64,000 nucleotides of DNA from Candidatus Binatia bacterium (lineage in GTDB: Bacteria > Desulfobacterota > Binatia > Bin18): assembly GCA_050187625.1 (NCBI GenBank), contig JBFWXH010000027.1, positions 4,828-68,827 on the forward strand, given 5' to 3'. A program made the position numbers and the translations under genes. The notes below the pieces were generated by a model. The model had not been told where the DNA came from and did no database searches. It saw only the letters and a program-made list of their open reading frames with translations. Positions 48,508 to 58,744 of the stretch are shown here, piece by piece; the first letter of the stretch is position 1; each line of letters begins with the position of its first letter.

Positions 48508-49476
48508 TTAGGGAATCAGTACAAGTTTCCCCACCGATCCACGCGACTCCATGTGCCGATGCGCCTCGGCTGCTTCCGCAAGGGGAAAGGATTTGCCAAT
48601 AAGCATTTTCAGCTTGCCTTGCCGCATCAGTTCAAAAGATTTCTCAATCCCTTCTTTATGTTTGTCCGGCATTGCGGACACTGTATACAACACAAAGCCA
48701 CTCACTTTTAGCGAATTTTGAAAGAGACTCATCAGATTCAATGGATCAGGAGGACCACCCGCGCGTCCGTAGAGAATCAGATGTCCAAATGGGCTCAAAC
48801 ACTGAATGCCTTTCTCTAACGTCGGCTTGCCTACTGCGTCAAGAATCAGGTCAACACCTTTCCCATCCGTCAGTTTCTTCGCTTCTTCGGCGAAGTCCTG
48901 CGTGGCGTAATTAATGACCGCATCAGCCCCGTATTGTTTCACGAAGTCCATCTTGCTGTCGCTCGACACGGTGCCGATCACACGAGCACCGGCAGCTTTG
49001 GCGATCTGTACAGCGACGATACCCACACCACCAGCAGCAGAGTGCACCAGCACGGTTTGGCCTGGTGTTGTCTGATGCGAGGTATGCAGCATGTGGTATG
49101 CGGTGAGCGTCTGAATCGGAAATGCGACCCCATCTTCATAGCTGACAAAATCTGGTAACGGGATCACCTGTGCAGCCGAGACGGTGCAGTACTCAGCGTA
49201 CGTTTTGACACCGATCGAGGTCACACGCATTCCTGGTGTGAGGTGGGTAACCTCAGGACCAACTGCATCAATGATTCCTGACGCTTCCATGCCTGGGATA
49301 TCCGGTAGCTTCGGCTTTATCAGATACTGTCCTTGGCGAAAAAAAGTGTCGGCAAAGTTAATGCCGATCGCGTGCGTCTTGATCCGCACCCAGCCTTTGC
49401 GCGGTTCAGGAACATCGATATCTTCGTACTTCAAGACTTCCGGACCACCAAGTTCATGAAATTGAATCGCCTTCAT
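48508..49476 (-). CDS. qor: NADPH:quinone oxidoreductase (zeta-crystallin/MDR family)
   Basis: Motifs [21 protein letters not shown] and GKLVL. Confidence 0.88.
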   Translation of the reverse strand: MKAIQFHELGGPEVLKYEDIDVPEPRKGWVRIKTHAIGINFADTFFRQGQYLIKPKLPDIPGMEASGIIDAVGPEVTHLTPGMRVTSIGVKTYAEYCTVSAAQVIPLPDFVSYEDGVAFPIQTLTAYHMLHTSHQTTPGQTVLVHSAAGGVGIVAVQIAKAAGARVIGTVSSDSKMDFVKQYGADAVINYATQDFAEEAKKLTDGKGVDLILDAVGKPTLEKGIQCLSPFGHLILYGRAGGPPDPLNLMSLFQNSLKVSGFVLYTVSAMPDKHKEGIEKSFELMRQGKLKMLIGKSFPLAEAAEAHRHMESRGSVGKLVLIP

Positions 49477-49641
49477 GGCATTCGCCCTCCTCGTGCGAAA
49501 GGTTTGTTGTCCTCGTACTAGCGGAAGGCTCCGAGTGAAGATAGATGGGGCGGGAAAGGGTAGGAAGCTTCTTTTGCAAGTCACAAAGGAAGTCTTATAA
49601 AGAACGCTCATTGCGATAAGAGGAACCGCAGGGAATCCCAG

Positions 49642-50028
49642 CTACCAATTGAGTGTCCGCTCCCGTGAGCCATAGAGTTGCCAGTAGCTAACAGTACTGG
49701 GGCGAACACGTACAATTTTACCGAGACGTTGTGAACGAAAACGAAAGTCGGGATGGCGTAAGAAGCGATGGATACTTTCAGCAGCCTCGTCGAATTCTAC
49801 GTCCAGAAATACAAGACAGTAGCCAGAATGACGAAGGTCTGGCTTGTAAAAGTCGTGATCGCGAGTGAAAAAGGTTGGTTGACGTAGCGTATGCAGTAAA
49901 GGGACAATCTCTTCGCGGTCTTTCATTCCTAGTCGTCCGACCTCACCACCGATACGTCGGAAATGGATTTTCCAAGAACGCAACAATTCTCGTTGCGACG
50001 TGACGATGTTCTCATCAAGAACATTCAT
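49642..50028 (-). CDS. DUF5615/PIN-like putative toxin
   Basis: Motifs MNVLDENI and FFTRDHDF; ATGA-coupled to a DUF433 gene. Confidence 0.7.
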   Translation of the reverse strand: MNVLDENIVTSQRELLRSWKIHFRRIGGEVGRLGMKDREEIVPLLHTLRQPTFFTRDHDFYKPDLRHSGYCLVFLDVEFDEAAESIHRFLRHPDFRFRSQRLGKIVRVRPSTVSYWQLYGSRERTLNW

Positions 50029-50279
50029 GCAGCGCGATGTCGCTTTTCCGTTTTTTCAATTAACGCTTCGGTAGCCAAAGCAATTGCTTCAGCAATCGCC
50101 TCGGCACTGACTTGTCCGTCGAATTCATAGGAAATACGTTCCCAATCGTATCCTTTCGCCAACATCGCAAGGACATCTTTCACGAAGATACGAGTTCCCT
50201 TAAACGTCAACTGACCATGACATATCTCTGGGTCCGCGACGATAAACTGTCCGAGTTCTTTGCGTTTCGCTGTATTCAT
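50025..50279 (-). CDS. DUF433-family putative antitoxin
   Basis: Motif IVADPEICHGQLTFKGTRIFVKDVL. Confidence 0.85.
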   Translation of the reverse strand: MNTAKRKELGQFIVADPEICHGQLTFKGTRIFVKDVLAMLAKGYDWERISYEFDGQVSAEAIAEAIALATEALIEKTEKRHRAA

Positions 50280-50451
50280 TATTCCATCCTCAACTAAGTT
50301 GAGGATTTTCACTTTGGCATACCTGCTGAATCTGAACAACTCAGTTCAGCGAAGGGACCTTACGTTGACGCTCTCTTGACTTTCTTCCATGCTCCAGGGT
50401 CTATAGTGATTGCACTAAGTAAAGAGACAATCTCAAGGGAGGAACAGAGCG

Positions 50452-52110
50452 ATGACGATTCTTCGCGGTGAAGAAATCATTGGGCAGTGTTTCAAGAACG
50501 AAGGGGTCGATACCATCTTTTTTATGATGGGTGGGCCCACGAGTGGTACAGCAGGGGCCTGCCTCCGACTCGGTATGCAGGGGATTTATGTCCGCCATGA
50601 GCAAGCCGCGGCGATGATGGCTCATGCCTACGCGCGGGTAACCGGCAAGCCAGGCATCTGTATTACTCCTTCCGGCCCCGGCACCGCCAATGCGGTCACT
50701 GGACTTGCTAACGCCTGGGCGGATGCCGCACCGATTATCGCCATCGGTGGCTCGGCACCGATGCGGGCTACCACGCTCGACTCCTTCCAAGAGATGGATC
50801 AAGTCGCAATGATGAAACCGGTAGTGAAAGCCGCCTATCGGGTCGATATCGTCTCGCGTATTCCCGAGTACATCAGCCTGGCGTTCCGCGAGGCTATGGA
50901 CGGGAAGAAAGGTCCGGTCTACCTCGACCTTCCCGGAGACATCCTCTCGGCAAAAGTTGAAGATGACAAACTCTACTGGCCAACCAATTATCGAGTCGAT
51001 AGCCGCCCAGCTGGTGACCCCGCGCTCGTCCGACAAGCTGTCGAGCTACTGCGCAAAGCTCAACGTCCGCTCCTCGTCACCGGCAGTGGGGTGCTTTGGT
51101 CTGGAGCTGCGGAAGAAATGCGGCAGTTTATCGAAGCAACCGGGATTCCATTCTTCACGACGCCACAAGGACGTGGTGTGGTACCGGAAGATCACCCCCG
51201 CGCATTCCCGGCCGCTCGCTCGATGGCATTCCGTGAAGCCGATGTCGTCCTCGTTGTCGGTGCTCGCGCCAACTCAATGTTATCCTTTCTCCGAGCCCCA
51301 CGTTTTTCACCGGATGCCAAGTTCATCAACATCAATCTCGATGGCAAAGAGATCGGCCATAACCGCGATGTCGCCGTCGGCATCATTGGCGATGCCAAAC
51401 TCGTGTTTCAACAACTGACTGCCGAGGCAGCAGGAAAGATCGACGGCAAAACAGAGACAGCCTGGGTCGCGCAACTCGCGGCTAAGCAACGCACGAATGA
51501 GGAACGCAACGCAGAATTATTGAATTCGACCAAGGTGCCCATTCACCCCCTACGTCTGTGCAAAGAGGTTCGCGATATCATCAGTCGTGACACCATCCTC
51601 GTCGTGGACGGCCACGAAATCCTCAACTTTGGTCGTCAATCGATTCCCATCTTTGAAGTCGGTGGCAGTCTGAACGCTGGTCCACACGGATGTATGGGCG
51701 TTGGCGTCCCGTTCGGTATCGGCGCCAAAGCCGCCCGCCCAGACAAACCAGTCGTGGTTCTCAGCGGCGACGGCGCGTTTGGTTGGAACGGCATGGAAAT
51801 GGACACGGCGATCCGCCATAAATTGAACATTGTTGTCGTAGTCTCAAATAACGCCGGCTTCACTTCACGTCAGACTGGACGCATGACTGCCAGCAACATG
51901 GGCCTCGATAACGTGGGGCGTGAGCTTGGCTATCAGCGGTATGACAAAATGGTCGAGGCTCTTGGGGGCTATGGAGAATTTGTCGAAAAACCAGAGGATA
52001 TTCGTGCCGCGATTGAACGTGCCATGGCCAGCGGTAAGCCGGCACTCGTCAACGTGTGTACCGATCCTGATGCACAAGCGACCACAGACATGGGGTTTGG
52101 CGGGTATTAA
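50452..52110 (+). CDS. Thiamine-diphosphate enzyme (2-hydroxyacyl-CoA lyase / acetolactate synthase-like)
   Basis: Motifs VRHEQAA, GPGTANA, GPVYLDLP and GDGAFG..NN. Confidence 0.88.
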   Translation: MTILRGEEIIGQCFKNEGVDTIFFMMGGPTSGTAGACLRLGMQGIYVRHEQAAAMMAHAYARVTGKPGICITPSGPGTANAVTGLANAWADAAPIIAIGGSAPMRATTLDSFQEMDQVAMMKPVVKAAYRVDIVSRIPEYISLAFREAMDGKKGPVYLDLPGDILSAKVEDDKLYWPTNYRVDSRPAGDPALVRQAVELLRKAQRPLLVTGSGVLWSGAAEEMRQFIEATGIPFFTTPQGRGVVPEDHPRAFPAARSMAFREADVVLVVGARANSMLSFLRAPRFSPDAKFININLDGKEIGHNRDVAVGIIGDAKLVFQQLTAEAAGKIDGKTETAWVAQLAAKQRTNEERNAELLNSTKVPIHPLRLCKEVRDIISRDTILVVDGHEILNFGRQSIPIFEVGGSLNAGPHGCMGVGVPFGIGAKAARPDKPVVVLSGDGAFGWNGMEMDTAIRHKLNIVVVVSNNAGFTSRQTGRMTASNMGLDNVGRELGYQRYDKMVEALGGYGEFVEKPEDIRAAIERAMASGKPALVNVCTDPDAQATTDMGFGGY

Positions 52111-52213
52111 CAGGGGCACAGTCCGGAGAAGCGACCGAGAAAAAATAGACTCCGGATAAAATGAGCCGAACAAAATCACTAACCAAGCTCTGACTGAAGA
52201 GTAGCGCATTATC

Positions 52214-52241
52214 GTAGGGGCACGGCGCGCCGTGCCCCTAC
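52214..52241. repeat. Perfect 28-bp GTAG-type REP palindrome
   Basis: GTAGGGGCACGGCGCGCCGTGCCCCTAC equals its own reverse complement. Confidence 0.75.
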
Positions 52242-52315
52242 AACGTTCGGTCATATTAGCGAACGTGTTTATCAAAAACATAAACAAGAACGCACCTATC
52301 ACGGCTCCGAACGTC

Positions 52316-54433
52316 ATGCCAACAAAACGATCCCCTCGCGAACACAAACCTCGTATCGCCGACCGCCTCAAAGTCGCGAGAACGGGCCGCTTTGTGGGAC
52401 GGGCGGCAGAACTCGCGATGTTTCGTTCGGCCCTCCTGGCCGCAGAGCCATCCTTCCTGGTGCTCTATCTCTATGGTCCAGGAGGTGTGGGCAAGACAAC
52501 GTTACTACGAGAGTTTGCTGGTATCGCCACAGAGCACACCCGTCCGATCATCCAGATCGACAGTCGTAACCTAGAGTTATCACCGTCAGGCTTTCTTGCT
52601 GCTGTCCGTCACGCCTTGGAACTGCAAGAAGATGGGTTCGCTGCCATCGCCGCGCAGTGGCCTGAGCGTGCCGTATTACTCTTGGATACCTACGAAATTC
52701 TTGCTCCGCTCGACACCTGGCTGCGAGAGACGTTTCTCCCCCAGCTTCCGGCTCACAGTCTTGTCGTCATTGCTGGGCGGACTCCGCCAACCATAGGCTG
52801 GTACACAGATATTGACTGGGCGGAGTTGACTCACGTTATTTCGCTGAGCAATCTGCAGCGCGAAGAAAGCCAGTCCTACCTGACAGCCCGTGGCATACCT
52901 GAGCACCATCATACGACGGTGCAAGCGTTTACTCACGGACACCCGTTGGCACTGTCCCTGGTCGCAGATGTGTTGGCCCAAGGAGACGACCAGGTGGCCT
53001 TTCAGCCACATAAAGAACCGCATATCATCCGTGGGCTGTTAGATCGTTTTCTTCATGACGTACCCAGTCCTACTCATCGTCGTGCACTCGAAATCTGCGC
53101 TCTAGCGAAAACCACCACCGAAGCACTCCTCGCGAAAATTCTTCCAGAAGAAGATTCGTTTGCCCTCTTTGGCTGGCTCTGTGGTCTATCTTTTATCGAG
53201 CAAGGACCGCACGGGTTGTTTCCGCATGATGTCGTGCGCGAGGTAGTGGACGCTGATTTACGCTGGCGCAACCCGGAACGGTACCGTCAACTGACCATGC
53301 AGATCTTCACCGAACTGAGTTCTCGATTTGTCCATGCCAGTCATCGCGAGCAACGCGCAATCCGTCGAGACATCCTCTACATGAGGAGGAATGCGCCGAC
53401 CAATAAACCGTATCTGGACTGGAAAGACATTGATGACGCCTATACGGAAGCAGCCTCGCCACAGGACCATGAGCTGATTCTGCAAATGGTCCATGCTCAT
53501 GAAGGAGCACAAGCAGTTCGGATTGCGCAGCATTGGTTACGTCGCCAACCGCAGGGATTTCTCGTGTTCCGCAACTCTCGTAACGAACTGTTCGGCTTTA
53601 TGGCCACCCTCACGGGGGTGGAGCACGCGACCCCTGAGGATCTCGCGGCCGACCCTGCCATTGCTGCTACCCTGCAGTTCGTGGAACGGCGGGGACCACT
53701 ACGGGCAGGAGAACAGCTTGTTCACCTGCGCTTCTGGATGAACCGGGAGACCTACCAGACCGTATCACCGACTCTGACCCTGACCGCAATCAATACAACT
53801 GTGTATTGGCTTACCACTCCGCGGCTGTCCTGGAGCTTCACGACGATGGCACACCCAGATTTTATGGAGCCCCACTTTCACGGCTTGGGTTTCCAACGCG
53901 CACGTGAAGCGGATTTTGTTATCGGCGAACGGCGCTACGGGGTCTTTGCTCATGACTGGCGTGTCGAATCGCCTGCCGCGTGGCAAGATCGGATGACACA
54001 ACAAGCTTTGACCATCGACGCACCACTAGAACCAGAAGCGCGATCATCTCGCCTTCATCCTTCTGCCCTCGTCCTCTCGCAGGCCACGTTTACTGAGGCG
54101 GTCCGGCAGGCACTACGCCACTACACCCGTCCCGACGCCCTTGCCGAGAACCCACTTCTCCACACCCGCCTCCTGATCGAGACGGCGGAAACGATACCAA
54201 CCCCTGTTCACCTACAAGCGCTTCTCCAGGAGGCAGCAGCAACCCTACGCACGACCCCCAAAGATGACAAGCTGTATCGCGTGCTCAAGCGAACCTACCT
54301 GGAACCAGCTCCAACCCAGGAACAAGCAGCGGACCTTCTGGGCTTGCCCTTTAGCACCTATCGGTATCGCTTAACCAATGGCATTGCGCGCGTCGCCGCG
54401 TGGCTCTGGCAGAAAGAACTCAACACGACGTAA
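52316..54433 (+). CDS. Large P-loop NTPase (AAA_16/STAND-like) regulator with a C-terminal HTH
   Basis: FVGRAAEL; Walker A GPGGVGKT; Walker B LLLDTYE; GHPLAL; C-terminal TQEQAADLLGLPFSTYRYRL. Confidence 0.8.
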   Translation: MPTKRSPREHKPRIADRLKVARTGRFVGRAAELAMFRSALLAAEPSFLVLYLYGPGGVGKTTLLREFAGIATEHTRPIIQIDSRNLELSPSGFLAAVRHALELQEDGFAAIAAQWPERAVLLLDTYEILAPLDTWLRETFLPQLPAHSLVVIAGRTPPTIGWYTDIDWAELTHVISLSNLQREESQSYLTARGIPEHHHTTVQAFTHGHPLALSLVADVLAQGDDQVAFQPHKEPHIIRGLLDRFLHDVPSPTHRRALEICALAKTTTEALLAKILPEEDSFALFGWLCGLSFIEQGPHGLFPHDVVREVVDADLRWRNPERYRQLTMQIFTELSSRFVHASHREQRAIRRDILYMRRNAPTNKPYLDWKDIDDAYTEAASPQDHELILQMVHAHEGAQAVRIAQHWLRRQPQGFLVFRNSRNELFGFMATLTGVEHATPEDLAADPAIAATLQFVERRGPLRAGEQLVHLRFWMNRETYQTVSPTLTLTAINTTVYWLTTPRLSWSFTTMAHPDFMEPHFHGLGFQRAREADFVIGERRYGVFAHDWRVESPAAWQDRMTQQALTIDAPLEPEARSSRLHPSALVLSQATFTEAVRQALRHYTRPDALAENPLLHTRLLIETAETIPTPVHLQALLQEAAATLRTTPKDDKLYRVLKRTYLEPAPTQEQAADLLGLPFSTYRYRLTNGIARVAAWLWQKELNTT

Positions 54434-54614
54434 CAGGAATCATCCGTCCCATCTTCAGCCGTTTACGGAGCAGCAATTCCCTCTCCCATCAGGGAGAAGG
54501 AACCCAAGCTGGCCGCGTCACGGCTAAAAGTCAGGACCCACCAATTGTGACGAACGAGCGGGAATACGCCCTGTTCGGCCCAGATCTAGCAAAAAATACC
54601 CATTACTACTGCGG

Positions 54615-54636
54615 TTTTAGCAGTTTTTTAGCAGTT
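54615..54636 (+). promoter_or_regulatory. Exact 11-bp tandem repeat upstream of the monooxygenase operon
   Basis: TTTTAGCAGTT x2, ending about 105 nt before the ATG at 54742. Confidence 0.45.
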
Positions 54637-54741
54637 TTTCGTCTGGAAAGTTGACATCTCCTGGGATCATCCTCTGGAGAAAAAATTCACTTCAGGGTGC
54701 TGGGTTCCGGTAATCCACACACTGAAGCCTAGGAGGATGGT

Positions 54742-56193
54742 ATGGTCGTGCCACAATCTCAGGCTAGCACTGCAGTCGTCATCGGCAGTGGCCTGGCAGG
54801 CTTACTTGCAGCTCGGGTACTCGCAGATTTTTTCTCTGCAGTAACAATCGTTGAACGCGATCCTTTACCAACAACGGTGGGACCACGGAAGGGAGTTCCA
54901 CAAGGACACCACGCCCACGCTTTACTCGGGCGCGGGCAAGAAATCCTCGAAGAGTTCTTTCCTGGGTTGACGCAGCACCTGCTGAGCCTCGGAGCTGCGC
55001 AAGGCCACGGGCGCTTCTTTTCCGGGGGTGGGTATCACTATCCAATCGCCTTTGGCTCCCACAGTCTACGAGTTAGCCGCCCGTGCCTCGAAACCGTAGC
55101 GCGCGCGTATCTACTGCGTACCGCTAAGGTTCACAGTGTCGAGAATTGTCGCGTTCTTGGGCTAACAGCTACCGAGGATCGGCAGCGCATTACCGGTATA
55201 CGCTTTACTCGTCACCAAGCCGATGCCCAAGAAGAACACCTGGCGGCGGCTTTTGTTATTGATGCGAGTGGGCGCGGCTCGCGTGCATCAGCCTGGCTGG
55301 AAGACCTGGGCTATCCACAGCCCGAGACAGAACTGGTGAAGGTCGATATGGGATATACCTCTCGCTTTTATCGCCGTCTTCCCTATCATCTCGATGGCGA
55401 CGTGGTCGCAAATATCGCGGCGTCGCCGGCGAACAAACGTGCCTGCGGAATGATGGCTCAAGAAGGTGAACGTTGGATAGTCACCCTAGCCGGCTACTTT
55501 GGTGACTATCCCCCCACAGATGAGCAGGGCTTCGTGGAATTTTCCCGGAGCTTACCGGTTTCTGACGTACACGACGTTATTCGCACCACCACCCCACTCA
55601 GTGATCCCGTCGCCTATCGCTTCCCGAGCAACCAATGGCGACATTATGAAAAGCTAACACGATTCCCTGACGGATTCCTGCCCATCGGCGATGCCATTTG
55701 CAGTTTTACGCCAATTTACGGTCAAGGCATCACCGTTGCCGCGCTCGAAGCCTTGACCCTCCGACAGTGTCTTATGGCAGAAACCAACAACCTTGCGCAG
55801 CGCTTCTTCACTAAAACTAAGCGAGTCATTGATACTCCCTGGAGTATCACGGTTGGCAACGACAAACGGCTCGCGGGTGGACAAGCAGTGCCATCGCTCA
55901 AAAGCCGATTTCTCCATTGGTACATGGCGCAACTTCATGTCGTCGCCCGCCACGATCCATCGGTGTCGCTCGCGTTTCGCAAAGTTGCTAACCTCTACAC
56001 AGCTCCGACAAGCTTGCTGCATCCACGTATCGTCCGCCGCGTGTTATGGGGTAGCCTGCGATCAGAGCGGATGCGGAAAACTACAAGCCCGTCAGCAGTC
56101 TATTCGCAATCGACACCAGGACTCTGGGACACAGCGGCTTTACTGCAACAGCGGAGAGCGATAGAAGGGCGAGAAACAAAAAGGAGGGAGTAA
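54742..56193 (+). CDS. FAD-dependent monooxygenase/oxidoreductase
   Basis: Motifs VIGSGLAGL, RKGVPQGHHAH, DASGRGS and GDAICSFTPIYGQG; AGGAGG RBS. Confidence 0.88.
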   Translation: MVVPQSQASTAVVIGSGLAGLLAARVLADFFSAVTIVERDPLPTTVGPRKGVPQGHHAHALLGRGQEILEEFFPGLTQHLLSLGAAQGHGRFFSGGGYHYPIAFGSHSLRVSRPCLETVARAYLLRTAKVHSVENCRVLGLTATEDRQRITGIRFTRHQADAQEEHLAAAFVIDASGRGSRASAWLEDLGYPQPETELVKVDMGYTSRFYRRLPYHLDGDVVANIAASPANKRACGMMAQEGERWIVTLAGYFGDYPPTDEQGFVEFSRSLPVSDVHDVIRTTTPLSDPVAYRFPSNQWRHYEKLTRFPDGFLPIGDAICSFTPIYGQGITVAALEALTLRQCLMAETNNLAQRFFTKTKRVIDTPWSITVGNDKRLAGGQAVPSLKSRFLHWYMAQLHVVARHDPSVSLAFRKVANLYTAPTSLLHPRIVRRVLWGSLRSERMRKTTSPSAVYSQSTPGLWDTAALLQQRRAIEGRETKRRE

Positions 56194-57383
56194 TGACAGA
56201 ATCCCACGCGGTGCAGGGACACACAACCTCGACACCTGGACCGGAATTAATCGCCCGTGCACGCGCGCTTGCTCCGCTCCTCGCCTCCTACGCCGCTGAG
56301 GCGGAACGCTTACGTAAACCCGTCGATGCGGTCATCCAGGCTTTAGCGGAGGCGGAGATTTTCAAGCTGATGGTACCCCGCTGCTACGGTGGTTTGGAAC
56401 TCGACCTCGACACCTTCTTTGAGGTCGGGGTTGCGCTCGGGGAAGGCGACACGTCAATGGCGTGGGTCACCAATTTCTACATCGAACACAACTGGATTCT
56501 CTGTCAATTTCCCGCCGCCTTTCAGCACGAACTTTTCGCTACGCGCTCATATATTCTTGCGCCGGCCATGATCGCACCGGCTGGAGTAGCGGTTCGCGAA
56601 GGCAATGGCTATCGCTTACGCGGGCGCTGGCAATGGGCGAGCGGCATCATGCACGGCGATTGGGTCATCCCTGGTGCCCTGGAGCAAACCCCGGAAGGGA
56701 AACCCAATCCCCTGTGGTTTGCCGTGCCACGCTCGGAAGTGAAGGTCGAGGATACCTGGTACGTCGACGGCATGGCCGGGACCGGGAGTCATGATGTCGT
56801 CATTGAGGATGTGTACATTCCTGCCGAACGCAGCGTATCGATGTTGGAGATGGGGAGTGGGCAGGGACCCGGTTCACAACTGCACAGGGGGCCATTGTAC
56901 CGCACTCCGATGCTTCCGATCTTGACCCTGGCCGCGGCCATGCCGGCCCTGGGGCAAGCGCGAATGGCGGTGCGCAATTTTCACGAGCGGTTGGCCACTC
57001 GCACGCTCCTGACCGGCGCAAAACAGGGAGAAAAACCAGCGGCGCAGATGCGTCTGGCCCGGGCAGAGATCGAGGTCCTGCAAGCAGAGTTGCTAATGCG
57101 CCGCACCATAGAAGACGTGTGCGCCCGGCGGAATACGGCCACAATGGCAGATCGGGGCCGGTGGGCTGTCCAACTGGCGGTCGCCGTAGACCATTGCAAG
57201 CGAGCGATTCAAACGGTCATCGAGGCCAGCGGCGCCCACGTTCATTTTCTCGACCATCCGGTACAGCGGGCGCTGCGCGATGTGAATACGATCTCCTGCC
57301 ATATTGTCTTTGACCTCGACGGCAGACTGGAAGCGTACGGGCGGCTGCTCCTGGGGCTTCCCTCGGGTGGCGCACTGCTATGA
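56193..57383 (+). CDS. Acyl-CoA-dehydrogenase-fold flavin-dependent hydroxylase (HsaA-like)
   Basis: Motifs VPRCYGG, GRWQWASG, W...GMAGTGSHD and QRALRD; TAATG coupling to the upstream gene. Confidence 0.85.
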   Translation: MTESHAVQGHTTSTPGPELIARARALAPLLASYAAEAERLRKPVDAVIQALAEAEIFKLMVPRCYGGLELDLDTFFEVGVALGEGDTSMAWVTNFYIEHNWILCQFPAAFQHELFATRSYILAPAMIAPAGVAVREGNGYRLRGRWQWASGIMHGDWVIPGALEQTPEGKPNPLWFAVPRSEVKVEDTWYVDGMAGTGSHDVVIEDVYIPAERSVSMLEMGSGQGPGSQLHRGPLYRTPMLPILTLAAAMPALGQARMAVRNFHERLATRTLLTGAKQGEKPAAQMRLARAEIEVLQAELLMRRTIEDVCARRNTATMADRGRWAVQLAVAVDHCKRAIQTVIEASGAHVHFLDHPVQRALRDVNTISCHIVFDLDGRLEAYGRLLLGLPSGGALL

Positions 57384-57544
57384 AGAACCTCAACTTGACG
57401 AATCAGTTTTGACAAACACATTCGGTCATAGTTAACCCTGAGACTTGGGTCCCCTCGCCCGCCGGGAAAGGGTCAGGGTGAGGGAGCCAGATAGCATGTT
57501 TACCGATTTTGATCGTCACAACTCATGAAAAGAAAGGAAATCTC

Positions 57545-58588
57545 ATGAAATTCGGCGTGCTCTATGCCTTTCGTAATCCACCCCAATGGCAGCAACCATA
57601 CCCTGATTTCTACCGTGCCCAATTCGACCAGATGCAAGCCGTCGAGCAACTTGGCTATGACGTCGTGTGGGTGACTGAGCATCATTTTATCGACGATGGC
57701 TATCTGCCGTCGTTGTTACCCGTTGCCGCCGTGATTGCCGACCGAACAAAGCGGGTACAGATCGGCACCTACGTGCTTCTGCTGCCGTTACACAGTCCAC
57801 TCCGAGTCGCTGAGGATGCGGCGGTTGTCGATATCATTTCGAACGGACGTCTGATTCTTGGCCTTGGCCAGGGCTACCGTCTGGAAGAGTTTGAAGGATT
57901 CAACATCAATCGCGATGATCGGCCGCGCATGACGGAAGAAGGGATCGAAGTGCTCATCGGGGCCTGGTCGCAAGACAACTTCACCTACGATGGCCAGCAT
58001 TATCAATACAAAAATATCACCCTCACCCCCAAGCCGGTGCAGAAACCCTACCCACAACTCGGCATCGGCGCCCGTGGGCTCAAACCGACACGCCGCGCCG
58101 CGAAGTATGGTTGTCATCTCATGGGTGGCGCCTTTGGGCAGTACGACATCTATGTCAAAGCACTGCAAGAATATGGCCGCGACCCCAAGGACTACGACGT
58201 GATGAACCTGCGCCCAATCTATGTGCATCGTGACCCCGAGCAAGCATGGAAGGACGCTGGGGAACACATTTTCTATCTTTTCCAAAACTACGGCAAATGG
58301 TTCGGCGCAGCCGGGGATCTCAGAAGCGATACGCAAATGGGAGCGATGAATGTTCCCAGTTTCGAGCAAATCAAGGACACCGACTTTTGGCGGAACACGG
58401 TGATTGCCGGATCACCGGAACAGGTGACCGAACGGCTCGTCAAAGAACACGAGAGCGCTCCCTGTGACCACCTTCTTTTCTTCGTGCTTCCCGGACTGGC
58501 CTATGAAAAGATGGTGCAGTCCATCCGGCTGTTTGCCGAAGAGGTGATGCCTCATCTCCGCCCACTGAAGACGCCGGTGAAGCAGTAA
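57545..58588 (+). CDS. LLM-class flavin-dependent oxidoreductase
   Basis: Motifs WVTEHHF, RVAEDAAVVDIISNGRLILGLG, PKPVQKP and LFAEEVMP. Confidence 0.92.
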   Translation: MKFGVLYAFRNPPQWQQPYPDFYRAQFDQMQAVEQLGYDVVWVTEHHFIDDGYLPSLLPVAAVIADRTKRVQIGTYVLLLPLHSPLRVAEDAAVVDIISNGRLILGLGQGYRLEEFEGFNINRDDRPRMTEEGIEVLIGAWSQDNFTYDGQHYQYKNITLTPKPVQKPYPQLGIGARGLKPTRRAAKYGCHLMGGAFGQYDIYVKALQEYGRDPKDYDVMNLRPIYVHRDPEQAWKDAGEHIFYLFQNYGKWFGAAGDLRSDTQMGAMNVPSFEQIKDTDFWRNTVIAGSPEQVTERLVKEHESAPCDHLLFFVLPGLAYEKMVQSIRLFAEEVMPHLRPLKTPVKQ

Positions 58589-58599
58589 GGACAAGGGGA

Positions 58600-58627
58600 C
58601 AGGCTATAGGCTGCAGGCTTCAGGCAG
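58600..58627 (+). repeat. Heptamer tandem repeat (4 x YAGGCWN)
   Basis: CAGGCTA TAGGCTG CAGGCTT CAGGCAG just after the LLM stop. Confidence 0.55.
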
Positions 58628-58744
58628 TAGGGAAAACTCGAAAGAAGAAGAACGCGACTCCCGACTTCTCGCTCCAGAAGCCGTGAGAGGCGCATTTGTG
58701 GCTCGTGTGGACGGTACCGGCTGTTCTCGTGCCGCTCTAGTGCT

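Noticed and set aside
52232-52315. N-terminal extensions given by the ORF track (also for the antiporter, MarC, FadL, VOC and qor)
   Set aside because: The extensions run through REP or promoter DNA or neighbouring genes. Downstream starts fit RBS positions and family lengths better.
54651-54680. TTGACA as the -35 of a sigma70 promoter
   Set aside because: There is no -10 hexamer at 16-18 nt spacing.
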